Shown: in pieces, positions 1 to 10,886 of the stretch
Layout of the letters: the number at the start of each line of letters is the position of its first letter
Position numbering within the stretch: the first letter of the stretch is position 1
Assembly (NCBI GenBank): GCA_027923505.1
Contig: BROI01000002.1
Location: 868,001 to 932,000 of the forward strand
Length of the DNA stretch: 64,000 nt
Direction of reading: 5' to 3'
From: Mayamaea pseudoterrestris
Lineage: Eukaryota
Program-made: the position numbers and the translations under genes
The notes under the pieces: generated by a model
Told to the model about the DNA's origin: nothing
Databases searched by the model: none
What the model saw: only the letters and a program-made list of their open reading frames with translations

Positions 1-795
1 GAGCCAAAATGTACCCAGGACTATGATGATGAGATATTATGAGTATGATACGCCTGACGAGCACACCAGCCAAGAAGGGACGGAACGAACGACGTACAGA
101 CGGAATGAAGGACTACCACAAGATCAACGACGAGCTTGCCTTCAAGGCCATCCGCAAGAGGACTAAAATATATTGTGTACAGCTATTGTTTACTATGAAG
201 ATCGAAATAGTCAGAGTGAATCGATACAAAGACTTACCACCGTACCTGGACAGCATTACTCACTGTCAATAAATAATCGCACCTGTCGTTGATATTAATA
301 CTTACCCGATCATTTTATTCCGAGCAAGGCCTGCCAGCGCATTGTCCTCCAATCAGATCAATCGTTTTCACACAGAACAAAACATACATACATTGACTGT
401 GACTGACAAATATGTCGCGCGATCAACAAAGCAGTGTAGAACAAAGTAAACAAACAGAAGGACGGGATAAGCATTTCGGCTAATCAAGTGATCTTGTCAA
501 CAACAAGATAGATCACACTTTAATATGTAATTGCTCTTATTTGTTCCTGGGCAGTGAGTCATTTTATTCCGCATGCACTTCACGGAGCACGTGCATTAAT
601 TGCTCAAATCATATAGCCCCATTCCCCTACTGTAAATACATTGTCTGTCCAATCATATCAATCGTGTCAAGCATTGGGCAGCTCACATATTGACCAACAA
701 AAATGTCGCGATGCCAGATCCATGCAATCTCGATCATTCATTTCCTTCACTAACCATCATTTTTTTGGTTCACGGCGCCACAAGAGTAAACAAAC

Positions 796-2813
796 ATGAA
801 GTTGTTGTTTGCAGCCGTCGCAATCTGGTTGCTCCCCGCACCTGGCCAGAGTGCAGTGACCTTTGCTCGCCACGAGTATCATTACTTCCCTTATATTGCC
901 TATAAAGATTTTGGTGACGGTAGCGGTAGCCAAGCAGCAGCGGCGGCATATGCGGACAGCTTAATTGTGGTAAGTAGTAGTTCTCGCCTCTTATCATGGT
1001 CTAATGCTGAACGCGCTGCTTCGTTCGTCGAAATGGAGATTGACTCGCCACTCGAACCTCTTTTGCACCTCGCTTTCGATTCCTGTGAACTCATGGACTC
1101 TCGTCTCTGAATTTGCAGTGCGGCGTGCGCGGGCATCTGGCCGACTTAACGACACGAGAAGAATTCCAAGCAATCACGGCCTCTGGAATTGTTACCGGCC
1201 ACAACGTATGGATTGGACTAACCTACTCTGAAAGCGAAGGCAAGTACATTTGGACAACCGGTCAGCCTCTTTCGACTGTGCCTAACAATGACAACTGGAA
1301 TTCTCCTACGGAGCCTAACGGAGTGTTAATTGGTGAAAATTGTGTCATAATCGAAAGTTCGACCGGCAAATGGTATGACACCGTTTGCTCCACTCCAGGA
1401 TACGATGTTTTGGTCGAATTTGACTGCGCTTATCCTTCACCAGCTGCGATAAGAGTAGTCAGTGGCCATCGCTATGAGTACTACACAACCGCATCCCTTT
1501 CATTGAGTTGGGAGGCGGCTGTGGTTGCATGCGCACAGGTAAGAAAAGCGAGAAGGGTGCCCAAAATTTATATTTAACGCGCTCACTGAAACACTTCTCC
1601 CTCCATTTTGTCTTGCTTTCTAATTGCATTCGTACAGATGGTGCGCTGTGGAGTGTACGGGCATCTTGTTACCTTGACCACGAAAACTGAACAAGATGCA
1701 GTAAAGCTGGCTTTTCAATCACAATTCTCAAGTGATACAAAAGCTTCATGGATTGGATTAAGCGACACAATTACCGAAGGAACCTTCCTTTGGGTCAATG
1801 GAGAGACTTATGTGAAGGACGACCCGAACAATGCAGTTTTCGTCACTGGAGAGCCGAATGATTATGATGGTTTTCCGCCGGGCGAAGACTGCGTTTCGCA
1901 GCGCTTATCAGATTCTTTGTTGAATGATCAACTGTGTGGCGACGCAATCACTCAAGGCGGAATTTGTGAGTTTGATGTTGACTGTCCGACGGAAGCACCA
2001 AGTGCTTTCCCTTCTTTGAGCCCAAGCCGTTTACCAAGTTCATCTCCTTCGTTGCATCCAAGTCGTTTACCAAGTCGGCGACCAAGCAACTTTCCGTCGA
2101 GAACCCCATCATGGCGCCCAAGCAGGGTACCGAGTCAGACACCAAGCCGCATTCCGTCCAGGACGCCTTCAAGAAACCCGAGCAGGGCACCGAGTCAGAG
2201 ACCGAGCCGCATTCCGTCCAGGACGCCTTCAAGAAACCCGAGCAGGGCACCGAGTCAGAGACCAAGCCGCATTCCGTCCAGGACCCCTTCAAGACACCCG
2301 AGCAGGGCACCGAGTCAGAGACCAAGCCGCATTCCGTCCAGGACCCCTTCAAGACACCCGAGCAGGGCACCGAGTCAGAGACCAAGCCGCATTCCGTCCA
2401 GGACGCCTTCAAAACAGCCTTCGAAAAATCCCTCTTCAAGTCCAAGTTTGACCCCTAGCGTTTCTCCGTCAGTCAAACCGAGCGCCGGCCCAACGTCGAT
2501 TCCAAGCCAGGTCCCCAGCACGCTGCCGAGTGTCAACCCGTCCGCCTTGCCGAGCTCGTTGCCATCCCTTATGCCATCGTTCAGATACGAGTACAATGTG
2601 AAGAAGTGTATCCGATTTGTTTTCAAACGATGGTGCACGTGCGAGCAGGACGGGAAGGAGTGTCTGACGACAACGCGCGTTCGCAATTGTATTAGAAGAT
2701 ACGAGAAGAAAAATCGTATCAATGAGAGAGATGAGATGGAAACCTTCAAGAGAAAGCTCAACATTGCGTTCAATCGGGAATGCCGTCGTCGCCGCCGCCG
2801 TGGAATTGAGTAG
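796..2813 (+). CDS. Secreted protein with two C-type lectin domains, a Pro/Ser/Arg tandem-repeat stalk and a Cys-rich basic C-terminus; exons 796-969, 1119-1538, 1638-2813
   Basis: Signal-like MKLLFAAVAIWLLPAPGQSA; CTLD motifs WIGL..EG.Y/F.W..G, EPN, E-N/D-C and WYD/LND occur twice; GT-AG introns 970-1118 and 1539-1637 join three ORFs in frame. Confidence 0.85.
2121..2412 (+). repeat. 60-bp coding tandem repeat, about 5 copies, with a 12-bp sub-period; encodes SRAPSQRPSRIPSRTPSR(N/H)P
   Basis: Near-identical consecutive 60-nt lines between 2121 and 2412. Confidence 0.95.
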
Positions 2814-3462
2814 TTGCAAGATATTGTGTGTTTGCGGTTGACCATGCAAAGCCGCACTTTTTAAAAGACTAAGCAAGCCATCAACACGAACAATATAGCT
2901 ATAGGCAAGGATGGTAATAAAAGTAAAAGGTTATCTGTTGAGCTTCTGTTGCTTGTCTTGTAATGCGATCGTAATAGGGCACTCGGCCAGATTGATCCAT
3001 CATCCATGTCCCGCGCTAACACACACAATGGTCCCGTTTCTAGAAGCGAATCGCGGGTATAACAAATTGACGCAACGATTGAACGGGTGAAGTACAAGTG
3101 TTTGCGCGACATGGCAAAAGAGTAAAAAGCCCTCGCTGGTCCTTGCTGCCTTTATGTCATTGTCCGCAAAACTTCATTGCACGCAACGTTCCTTTCTTGT
3201 TCTGAAGAAACGCCAATATTCTTTATCAAGCGAAGCGGGATTTTAGTAGTCAGAAGTGCGGGACACAGCTATCGATATGGAAGTCTCGGGTGAGAAGTTT
3301 CGCCTTGGCGACGATGCAAGCATGTGACGATTGTCGCATGTGCTCCACTTGTCTCACGCTGCGACATTGTGGGTCTCAGTCCGCTCCACATCCACGAGTC
3401 GCGACCATGACGAGATTGATCAAATCTTATAGTTCGAAAAACTCGTCGGCATACATACAATC

Positions 3463-4611
3463 ATGTTGGACGCCGTCGTGCAGCTTCTTCGCAATGGGCT
3501 TTGTTGCATCAAGAACTTACATCTCTTTGAAAAGACGTTCCTCTGGGACAGTTCCATTCCACCAAAATACTACGACCTTCCAGAGCCACTTTCTCACACA
3601 ACGCCACTGGAAGTATTAATTAGTATTTTTCAGCTGTATGCTCTCATTAGCTGTACGCGTGGAGGCTTGTCCATGATGAGCCAGTCGTTTGGAAAGCTGC
3701 GCCGACTGGGAAGCATCATTGAGTATGTCACCAGCGATGCAGCAATCACGAATGCAACAAAGAAGAATGATGACACTTGCGACAATCCTCTTGCTTTGAC
3801 AAGCGACAGGATTGTGCAGCAGTCGCTCATGCAGGAAGCTAATAATGCGATTCGCAGTTTGGTGACTGGATTTTTGGTTTTCTTCATTGGATGTGGTTTC
3901 GTCTGGTTGGTGGCCAATTCGTGGCACGTTACGTCGACGGATTGGCTTGGCGGCACGCAAGGCTTGATTCATGCGCTGTCGGTGCAGGAAATATGTTTAT
4001 TGCCATGTCTATACTTCATGATTGCCTTTGGGCAGACGCTTTTGTCGAAAGCCAAGCGAATGGAGCGATTGGTCAGGACGTTGCGGGGCCAAAAAAAGCT
4101 CACCCCGACCCAGCTTGGAGTCGAGGAACTCGAGCTTTTTGCGCAATACACTCCCGCTTGGGAGGCGGGTGTAAGTGCTTTCGAGTCGCATAATGCTGCC
4201 GCGGATGAAAAGCTTGTGGCAGCGGAGAAGGAACGAATTGAACGTTGCTTGCAAGAGCTTGAGAAGAAGAGTCCACAGCAAGTCTTTGACATGGCCGATG
4301 ATCTTGTTGCTGCCGCTCGCGTGACTCGCATGGAAGGTTACCGGGAGTTTCTCTACTTTTTGATCAATTTGTCGGCCTTTTACGGGTATATGATGGGAAT
4401 TGTTTGCTATTACTGGCAGGAAGAGGTGAAGCACCCGACCTGGGTAAAGAGTTTCCTCTTGAACATGACAATTGCAGACGCCGACTGGAGAGGAAACATG
4501 ACTGGAGATATGGCATGGACAATCGAGCCGATTGTCATTTTGACCAGTCCTTTCCTTTTGGCGTCGCTCAAGCCGACAAAGAGGGAAAGCAGAAAAGTGA
4601 AGGCGGACTAG
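3463..4611 (+). CDS. Hypothetical multi-pass membrane protein (382 aa)
   Basis: Long intronless ORF with about 5 hydrophobic segments and a lysine-containing C-terminus (RKVKAD). Confidence 0.75.
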   Translation: MLDAVVQLLRNGLCCIKNLHLFEKTFLWDSSIPPKYYDLPEPLSHTTPLEVLISIFQLYALISCTRGGLSMMSQSFGKLRRLGSIIEYVTSDAAITNATKKNDDTCDNPLALTSDRIVQQSLMQEANNAIRSLVTGFLVFFIGCGFVWLVANSWHVTSTDWLGGTQGLIHALSVQEICLLPCLYFMIAFGQTLLSKAKRMERLVRTLRGQKKLTPTQLGVEELELFAQYTPAWEAGVSAFESHNAAADEKLVAAEKERIERCLQELEKKSPQQVFDMADDLVAAARVTRMEGYREFLYFLINLSAFYGYMMGIVCYYWQEEVKHPTWVKSFLLNMTIADADWRGNMTGDMAWTIEPIVILTSPFLLASLKPTKRESRKVKAD

Positions 4612-4957
4612 GATGTGTTAAGAAAACTGCCTTACTGTTAGCTGCTGCTTACACTTGCCGACGGGGTGTACACGCATTTAACCCACGCAGCTTCATTATC
4701 TTTCGGGCTTGAAACATAAGTAGCAAGGAAATAAATATTGTAAACCTGTACAGTTGCATTTCTTCCAAGTGCGTCAATAGTAAATAATGAGATCAGGACA
4801 TAAACTGTAAGGTAGAATATGTCTTACCGCTATCAAGCGTTAATGAAAAGACGACATTTTCGACGAATCGCACAGCGTTCATTTATTTCTGCGACCGCAA
4901 CATCATCCTTTTTCTCCGACTTGCACACCTACTACCATCATTTCCATTATAGTAAAC

Positions 4958-5412
4958 ATGGCAGCCAAAAGTGAAAGACAATATCCTAGCTTGACCAACT
5001 GTCAAATCACGCTCCAGAGCTCCGGCACTGCGTCGCAAAAGTCGCCAATCCGTTTGCCGCCTGCTTGTCTTGGTGCTTTGGAACAATACTCTTCACTGCC
5101 GACTCCTTATGATTTCGCTCTTGGTATGTAAATACCTTGCTTTGCCTTGAGTGTATTCGAAAGCTTCCTTTTGCTCACATTCGCTTGCTTATTGGTTTTG
5201 AAAACCCAGAGAGTCAAATACTCGCATCCGCCAAGGAACGCGAGCAATCGCAGATGCTGACAGCTGCCACGACCCCAGCAAGTCTCCAGGAGACGCTGGT
5301 GGTAAAGATGAAGTCAATTACAAATGCCGACGAATCTATTTGCGTTTCGCTTTTAGAATCAAATAGCTATGACCTGAAGTCTTCCGTTGAAGCGTACTTT
5401 GCGTCGAGCTAG
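4958..5412 (+). CDS. Small protein (~122 aa) with a UMA-like motif and a C-terminal UBA-like domain; exons 4958-5123, 5210-5412
   Basis: ATG at 4958; intron GTATGT...CCCAG 5124-5209 restores PYDFALESQIL; C-terminus KMKSITNADESICVSLLESNSYDLKSSVEAYF fits the UBA_4/TAP-C pattern. Confidence 0.7.
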
Positions 5413-6070
5413 ACTGCAGTGCTGAGATCATGGATACATTCGAGGTTATGGTGTAAGATCATGGTAACTTTTTTGTCGAGCTTTTCTTCTTTGCTGTTGT
5501 GAGATCATGAACGCTGCAACTAGCAGCGGCGATGTTTGGAATCTCTCGTCCTTACGTAGTCGGTAATCAAAACAATCCATGTTGACGGATATTAGATACA
5601 CGTTCAGAAAGTTGTATAGAACATAGTAGTACATGGTTATGCAGACAAAGCGAATTTACTTGTAGCATCAATTGCACCTTAGTGATACATCTGCTTGCGA
5701 ATTGAGGATCCTGTAAGTCGTGTAACTTTTCCAGTTGAAACGCGCCGCCTTTTTTATCCTCGACTTTGCAACATGTCGCGCACTCTCGCCCATCACATTG
5801 GTAGCGACAGACAAAACTAGAGCAGTAAGTGGACATTTCTGCAAGAGCATAGCACGTCGCATTTGGCGTAAAGTCTAAATTCGGCTCGTCTAATCGCTGC
5901 GAGTCGACACACGCCACCTTCGTCATTCTATCCTCGCACGTAAACTATTGGCATCCTTTACTAACAGAAGTTAACCCGCATCTATCCCAAAGAATGTGCT
6001 CGCGTGAATTGTAGGATCACGATGCAAACTCCACAAACTCAAGAATCGAAGTTTCCGTTCATAGAAGTGC

Positions 6071-8527
6071 TCATCGCTGCTTCTTTGGCGCGTTGGCGCT
6101 CCATGATAAAGGTAGTTTTTCAAATCTTATCTGATTGAACATCCAAAGTCTGTCTCGACGTGCATCATCATGTTCCAGTGTCACATTCAGTAGCTTCGCC
6201 ACCAGCTGGGGTCGGTTGCCTTGACAGAGTCTTTTAATGACTTCAATTGACACTAAACCTTTCTGCTTGCATTCTTTAAACGCGAAGCTGACGCACTTGA
6301 CCTGCAAATCGCTTCCGCGTACCAGCAGATTGCTGCAGCAAGAGAGCCAAAAGGCATAGGTAAAACAATCGGGTTCGACGATATCTGAAACTCGCAGTGC
6401 CTGGAACGCCTTAGTGGCAATTTGGAAGGCTTCGGTCTTGTTCGACTGCATCGTATATGCGGCGCAATTCAAAACGTAATTATAAGGATACGTGTTCGGT
6501 CGGAGATTTGGATCCTTGGTTTTCTCATAGAGCTGTAGTAGCTGCTGAAGAAGCTCGTACGTACGCAGCACATTCCCTTGGTTCTTGGCCAACGTGGCAA
6601 TCGCCATGGTAAAAGTTCGAACGTTTGGCCGATCAGTTGCCTGACCAGTTGCTTCATACAAGGCAAACACCTCTTGCAAAAGCTCCTCGGCCTTGTCCGA
6701 CGCGCTTGGTTGACGGGCGTTGGACAAGCACTCGAGCACCGATGTATACGTGATTATATCGGGTCGGTTAAGCTGCGACTCTTTCATTTGCTGCAGTAGT
6801 TTAAGTGCCTTGTTTGTTGCTTGCGGGTCTTGGCTCTTTGCATAGGCATTGATTAACTTGTTGAATAGAAAATTGTTCACGTCAATTGATGTATCACCAG
6901 CCTTCCACAACCGTACAATGAGAAAGAGCAGGTTTTCAGCTTCTGGCAAAAGCATTGGTTCACCGCTTTGGAGCCAAGCTGTGAATAATACCTTATAGGA
7001 AAAGCAGTTTGGCCGAATATATGGTTTTTCGTATCGATTGTCTTCCATGTATTGAACCAGCCTTCGAATTTTCTCCAAGGCAACCTTTTCCTTTATCGCC
7101 GAGCTCCGTAGATAAGCATTGAGAATGGTGTTGTAGGACACAACGTCTGCAGAAAGGTTGGAGCAAGTCTTGGTTGCCGATTCGATGACTTTGAGTATGT
7201 GCTCCGCTTCCTCGAAGCGCCCGCTCCGACAGTAGGCCAAAATGACGCCGTTGAACGCAATCAAGGACGGCTCCGAGTCTTTTGGTAAAGTTTTCAGCTC
7301 GTGATGTCGCAGCATTTCCTGAAGCAGCTCGTTGCACCGCTCCGCAGCACTCACCTGGTTTGACTTCGACCAAACCAAAATGGCATTCGAGTAAACGTCA
7401 GCGTTGAACCACTGCTTGGCGTCGTCATCATCGCTGTCTGCCAAGTCTGCTCGAGTCGTTTTTAGGTAATTCAAGCATGTTTCAGCGTTTGTTACACTTT
7501 CTTCGCTTCCGCACTTGCTCCAGGCTTCCAACACTAGATTGTGTGCCTCCATTAGTATGCGCGTACTATTCTCGTGCTTTAGAGTGTCAACGATCAGTTC
7601 GTTGAGCAAGTCCTGCGCTCGATCCGCGCAAGCGCTTCCCTGTAGATTGGCTTGCTCGCGGGCACTCGTCCGTAGCACGAGCAGTTTGCTTTCGACGAGT
7701 TGCTGCGACGAAAAGTACATTTTCATTTTCTCGAGCAAAGTTTCCGCCTTTGACGCATAGTTGCATTCACCCCGAGGAGTCGCGCAATTGGCATATGCTT
7801 GTAGCGCAATATTGTAGGTTTTTAAGCTCACTTGATCCGGTGAAACAATCGTTAAGAGCTCTTGAAGCAGTTCCTCCACTCGATCCGCGGCGCGGCGCAA
7901 CACGCGAGTGGATGTTGCATTATTGTTTTGCTGCGGCTTTATTGTCGCATACCACCGAATCCGATCTCGATGGCAGTAAGCCTGCATGACCAACTGAAAA
8001 CTCGTTTCATCTGCCGCTTGTATAGCGACCAAGTGCTTGAGCATGCTGTAGACGCGGTCAGCCCCGTCCAAGTCGGATTCTTCGGTAGATAACAGTGGCG
8101 GCTTGCGTTGGCGCTGGCGCGCGCGAATCAACTGCTGGTTCAAGGCCCCTGCTCTGCTTTCCAGAACTCTGATCATGTCTTGGTGAAACTGTACATTGTT
8201 CTTTCTTGTTGATTGCTGTATTGGTAATGAAGTGGAAGATTCTTGAAATGAAGAAGTTGTTGATGTTTCTGTTAAAGTCGACGAATCGTCGTTTGCTGTT
8301 CTCTCGCTGACACTTGTCTCTCTTAGCTGTATCAACATCTTTGATATCCTTCTTCGCCTACATATTCCAGTCGATTGTATTCGTCGTGTTGAACAAACAT
8401 GCTTTCCATCAAAATAACTTGTAGCAACATGATGCAATGACGGAGCTATCCAGGCAAAGCAAAACTTTGAAGCGACAACAATCAGCAAAAGTAGCTCTCC
8501 GAGTTGCAGAGTTCGTATTATGTACAT
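6071..8527 (-). CDS. Pentatricopeptide-repeat (PPR) protein, probably plastid-targeted
   Basis: Repeated PPR-like units (DVVSYNTILNAY, PDIITYTSVLECL, PNTYPYNYVLNCAA, PDCFTY); signal-like LLLLIVVASKFCFA-W; start placed at MYIIRT although the ORF extends to 8596. Confidence 0.85.
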   Translation of the reverse strand: MYIIRTLQLGELLLLIVVASKFCFAWIAPSLHHVATSYFDGKHVCSTRRIQSTGICRRRRISKMLIQLRETSVSERTANDDSSTLTETSTTSSFQESSTSLPIQQSTRKNNVQFHQDMIRVLESRAGALNQQLIRARQRQRKPPLLSTEESDLDGADRVYSMLKHLVAIQAADETSFQLVMQAYCHRDRIRWYATIKPQQNNNATSTRVLRRAADRVEELLQELLTIVSPDQVSLKTYNIALQAYANCATPRGECNYASKAETLLEKMKMYFSSQQLVESKLLVLRTSAREQANLQGSACADRAQDLLNELIVDTLKHENSTRILMEAHNLVLEAWSKCGSEESVTNAETCLNYLKTTRADLADSDDDDAKQWFNADVYSNAILVWSKSNQVSAAERCNELLQEMLRHHELKTLPKDSEPSLIAFNGVILAYCRSGRFEEAEHILKVIESATKTCSNLSADVVSYNTILNAYLRSSAIKEKVALEKIRRLVQYMEDNRYEKPYIRPNCFSYKVLFTAWLQSGEPMLLPEAENLLFLIVRLWKAGDTSIDVNNFLFNKLINAYAKSQDPQATNKALKLLQQMKESQLNRPDIITYTSVLECLSNARQPSASDKAEELLQEVFALYEATGQATDRPNVRTFTMAIATLAKNQGNVLRTYELLQQLLQLYEKTKDPNLRPNTYPYNYVLNCAAYTMQSNKTEAFQIATKAFQALRVSDIVEPDCFTYAFWLSCCSNLLVRGSDLQVKCVSFAFKECKQKGLVSIEVIKRLCQGNRPQLVAKLLNVTLEHDDARRDRLWMFNQIRFEKLPLSWSANAPKKQR

Positions 8528-8854
8528 TTCGGTGGGCCTAGATGATTGTGCAACTGGTTGCGGCCAAGTAGAAACAATGATGACGGCCATGGTCAAACGA
8601 ACGATCGAGTGGTGCTAACGTGACGCAATGAAGTACCGCTGCGTCATGAAGCTCGCGCGCAAGCCCGGCATCCTTACACTGGACCAAACAGTGGTGTAAT
8701 TTGAATGAATGTGTTTCGTCCATGCGCGTGCCGAGCCACCCGTCAAATTTTGCGGCTCACAAAATAAGACTTGGTGCAACGACTCGATTACTTTTTGCGT
8801 TCACACCCAAAGACGAGAATCTAGGGAGCAATCTGAAAACTTTTCAACACCAAG

Positions 8855-10585
8855 ATGGAAGAGGAACCATGGGATGAGTCTGTGCTCGGGAAGAAAGCAC
8901 GATCAGACTCTTTCGTTCCACCAGACGCGGATGGCCTCGACAGAACTGATTCTCTAGGCAAGAACGACTACTCCAATGAAGATGCCTACAGCGGATATGA
9001 GGACGGTCAATACGAAGAGGACGCTGCAGGAGAAGTCTCTTCAAGTCCTCAAGACATTCGTCAGGAAGCTCTCAAGATATTAGAGCTTGCCGAGTCGCCA
9101 ACCGGACGACGTAGCCAAAGCACCTTTGCCGTTCACCGAACTTCGACTGGAGGCTACACTACTGGAATTTCGAGCGAAGCATCCATGCGACACACGCCAG
9201 CCGCTTTGTCAGGATCTCTCTTTACGACCAACCGCACCAGTGCGGCGAACACCTATCGCGACGACATGAGCAGCAGGCGCCCACCTTGGCAAGCTCCGAC
9301 CACCGAAGACATGGAGTACGGAGATGAAGAGTTGGTGGACGCCATTTCCAAGGTTTATCGCACCGACGCGAGCAACAATTGGTCGTCGCGATATTCACTT
9401 GATCGCACCATGGCTGCCATGATGGCAAGCAACAAAAATATCAACATGAGGTCATTTCGTGACAACGGAACGTCGGAGCGAACGTCTGCCACGGGTCTGA
9501 CTGCATCGAGCGCCTATGATAAGAATGTCGCCGGTAGCGGAGCTGGCAACAGTAACATTTTTGGAAGCGGCTTTTCGTTTCGTCAAAATAGTGTTTGGGG
9601 CAAGCAAAATGCTGTCTTTGAGCCCAATGCAAACTTGCATGACGCGGGTGATCAGTTGCCCGACCTGCCGACGCGCAAGTCATGGCAGGAGCAGGTGCGC
9701 CAGAGGAAGAAACAACGTCGGTGTCTCATTTTTGTTGCCATTGCTGTCTTGGTCTTCATCGTGACAATTTCAGCGACAGTGGCCAGGAAGAATAATAAAG
9801 CGTCAGAGGTTCCATTGACCATTTATGTCACGTCGGATGTACCGTACGCTGTTGCAGATCAGAAGAAGTTTATTCATGATCTTGGCCTTATCAAGACTAA
9901 GGCAAATTATATCGTCCATCTGGGAAATATTCAAAATGTCAGCGAAACGAATTGCGGACTCGCGCAGTACATGGAGGTTGCCGCCATGTTGGAGGAAACG
10001 AAAATTCCAACGTTCATAGTACCTGGAGAGGACGACTGGGCCAACTGCCCAGACCAGCATATTGGCTTTGCAAGATGGAACAACACATTTGCCAAGTTTG
10101 CGCATAAAACGGGGTCTCGTATGAAAGTTGACTACCAGCAACGTCGCTTAGAAAACTTTGCTTTTGTGGAAAAGAACGTGCTATTTCTCAGTGTTCATGT
10201 TATTGGCGGCAAACCAACCACCTACAGTGAATTTTTAAGTCGTATGAAAGATAACATGAATTGGATAAGAGGCATGTACAAGCTTCATGCCGAAGAAGTC
10301 AGCGGTGTTGTCATTTTCGGCAACGCCGCACCAGGCCTTGTGCAGCTCCAGGACTTCTTCGATTCCATGGCATCGCTTCTTGGACCGACGGGTAAGACAG
10401 TTCTCTATATTCATTCCAACTCTGGCTCAAGTGGGGTGAGTCTGCACAAGCCTTTTGGCTACAGCAATATGGTGACGATTCAAGCGCCTGTCGGAGGCAA
10501 GCAACCGCCACTTCCCATTAGTATCGGATCCGGTAAGCATCTCTTCTCGATCGGCGGACTTGATGTCCCTTACCGAAGTCGTTAA
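8855..10585 (+). CDS. Type II membrane protein with a C-terminal calcineurin-like metallophosphoesterase fold (degenerate motifs)
   Basis: Disordered N-terminus, basic cluster plus single TM (LIFVAIAVLVFIVTISATV), then SDVPY / VHLGNI / VPGEDDW / YIH motifs. Confidence 0.75.
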   Translation: MEEEPWDESVLGKKARSDSFVPPDADGLDRTDSLGKNDYSNEDAYSGYEDGQYEEDAAGEVSSSPQDIRQEALKILELAESPTGRRSQSTFAVHRTSTGGYTTGISSEASMRHTPAALSGSLFTTNRTSAANTYRDDMSSRRPPWQAPTTEDMEYGDEELVDAISKVYRTDASNNWSSRYSLDRTMAAMMASNKNINMRSFRDNGTSERTSATGLTASSAYDKNVAGSGAGNSNIFGSGFSFRQNSVWGKQNAVFEPNANLHDAGDQLPDLPTRKSWQEQVRQRKKQRRCLIFVAIAVLVFIVTISATVARKNNKASEVPLTIYVTSDVPYAVADQKKFIHDLGLIKTKANYIVHLGNIQNVSETNCGLAQYMEVAAMLEETKIPTFIVPGEDDWANCPDQHIGFARWNNTFAKFAHKTGSRMKVDYQQRRLENFAFVEKNVLFLSVHVIGGKPTTYSEFLSRMKDNMNWIRGMYKLHAEEVSGVVIFGNAAPGLVQLQDFFDSMASLLGPTGKTVLYIHSNSGSSGVSLHKPFGYSNMVTIQAPVGGKQPPLPISIGSGKHLFSIGGLDVPYRSR

Positions 10586-10886
10586 TCACTGCCTATACAA
10601 TGCCTAGGATATAATGTATTTTAGTGGCATACTTTATCAAAGTAAATCATCATTGTGTAGCAACAGCGATGTCATAAGTGTGACTTAGTGATGGTCGTAG
10701 ACATAATAGTCCTCTACTCAGGATGTCTCAAGCTGTCACAAACTTCCTGTTGCAGAGTCCATGCCCGCATCTTTTCTCGCTATTAAAAAAACTAAACGCA
10801 CAAACCATTGACAGTCAATGTGTCTCCGATGGTACGGAAGCACGCCATGCGTGCCGTCGGTGGATACAAAGCAAAATTCGACTTCT

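Noticed and set aside
1..272. Short ORF at the window start
   Set aside because: No recognisable motif; it may be a gene end or repeat remnant but cannot be supported
1948..2458. Repetitive ORFs 1948-2445(-) and 2111-2458(+); CRISPR-like periodicity
   Set aside because: These are alternative frames of the coding 60-bp repeat; there are no unique spacers and no cas genes
5567..5926. Cys-rich 119-aa minus-strand ORF
   Set aside because: No coherent zinc-finger spacing or splice model; it may be PPR 3' UTR or intergenic
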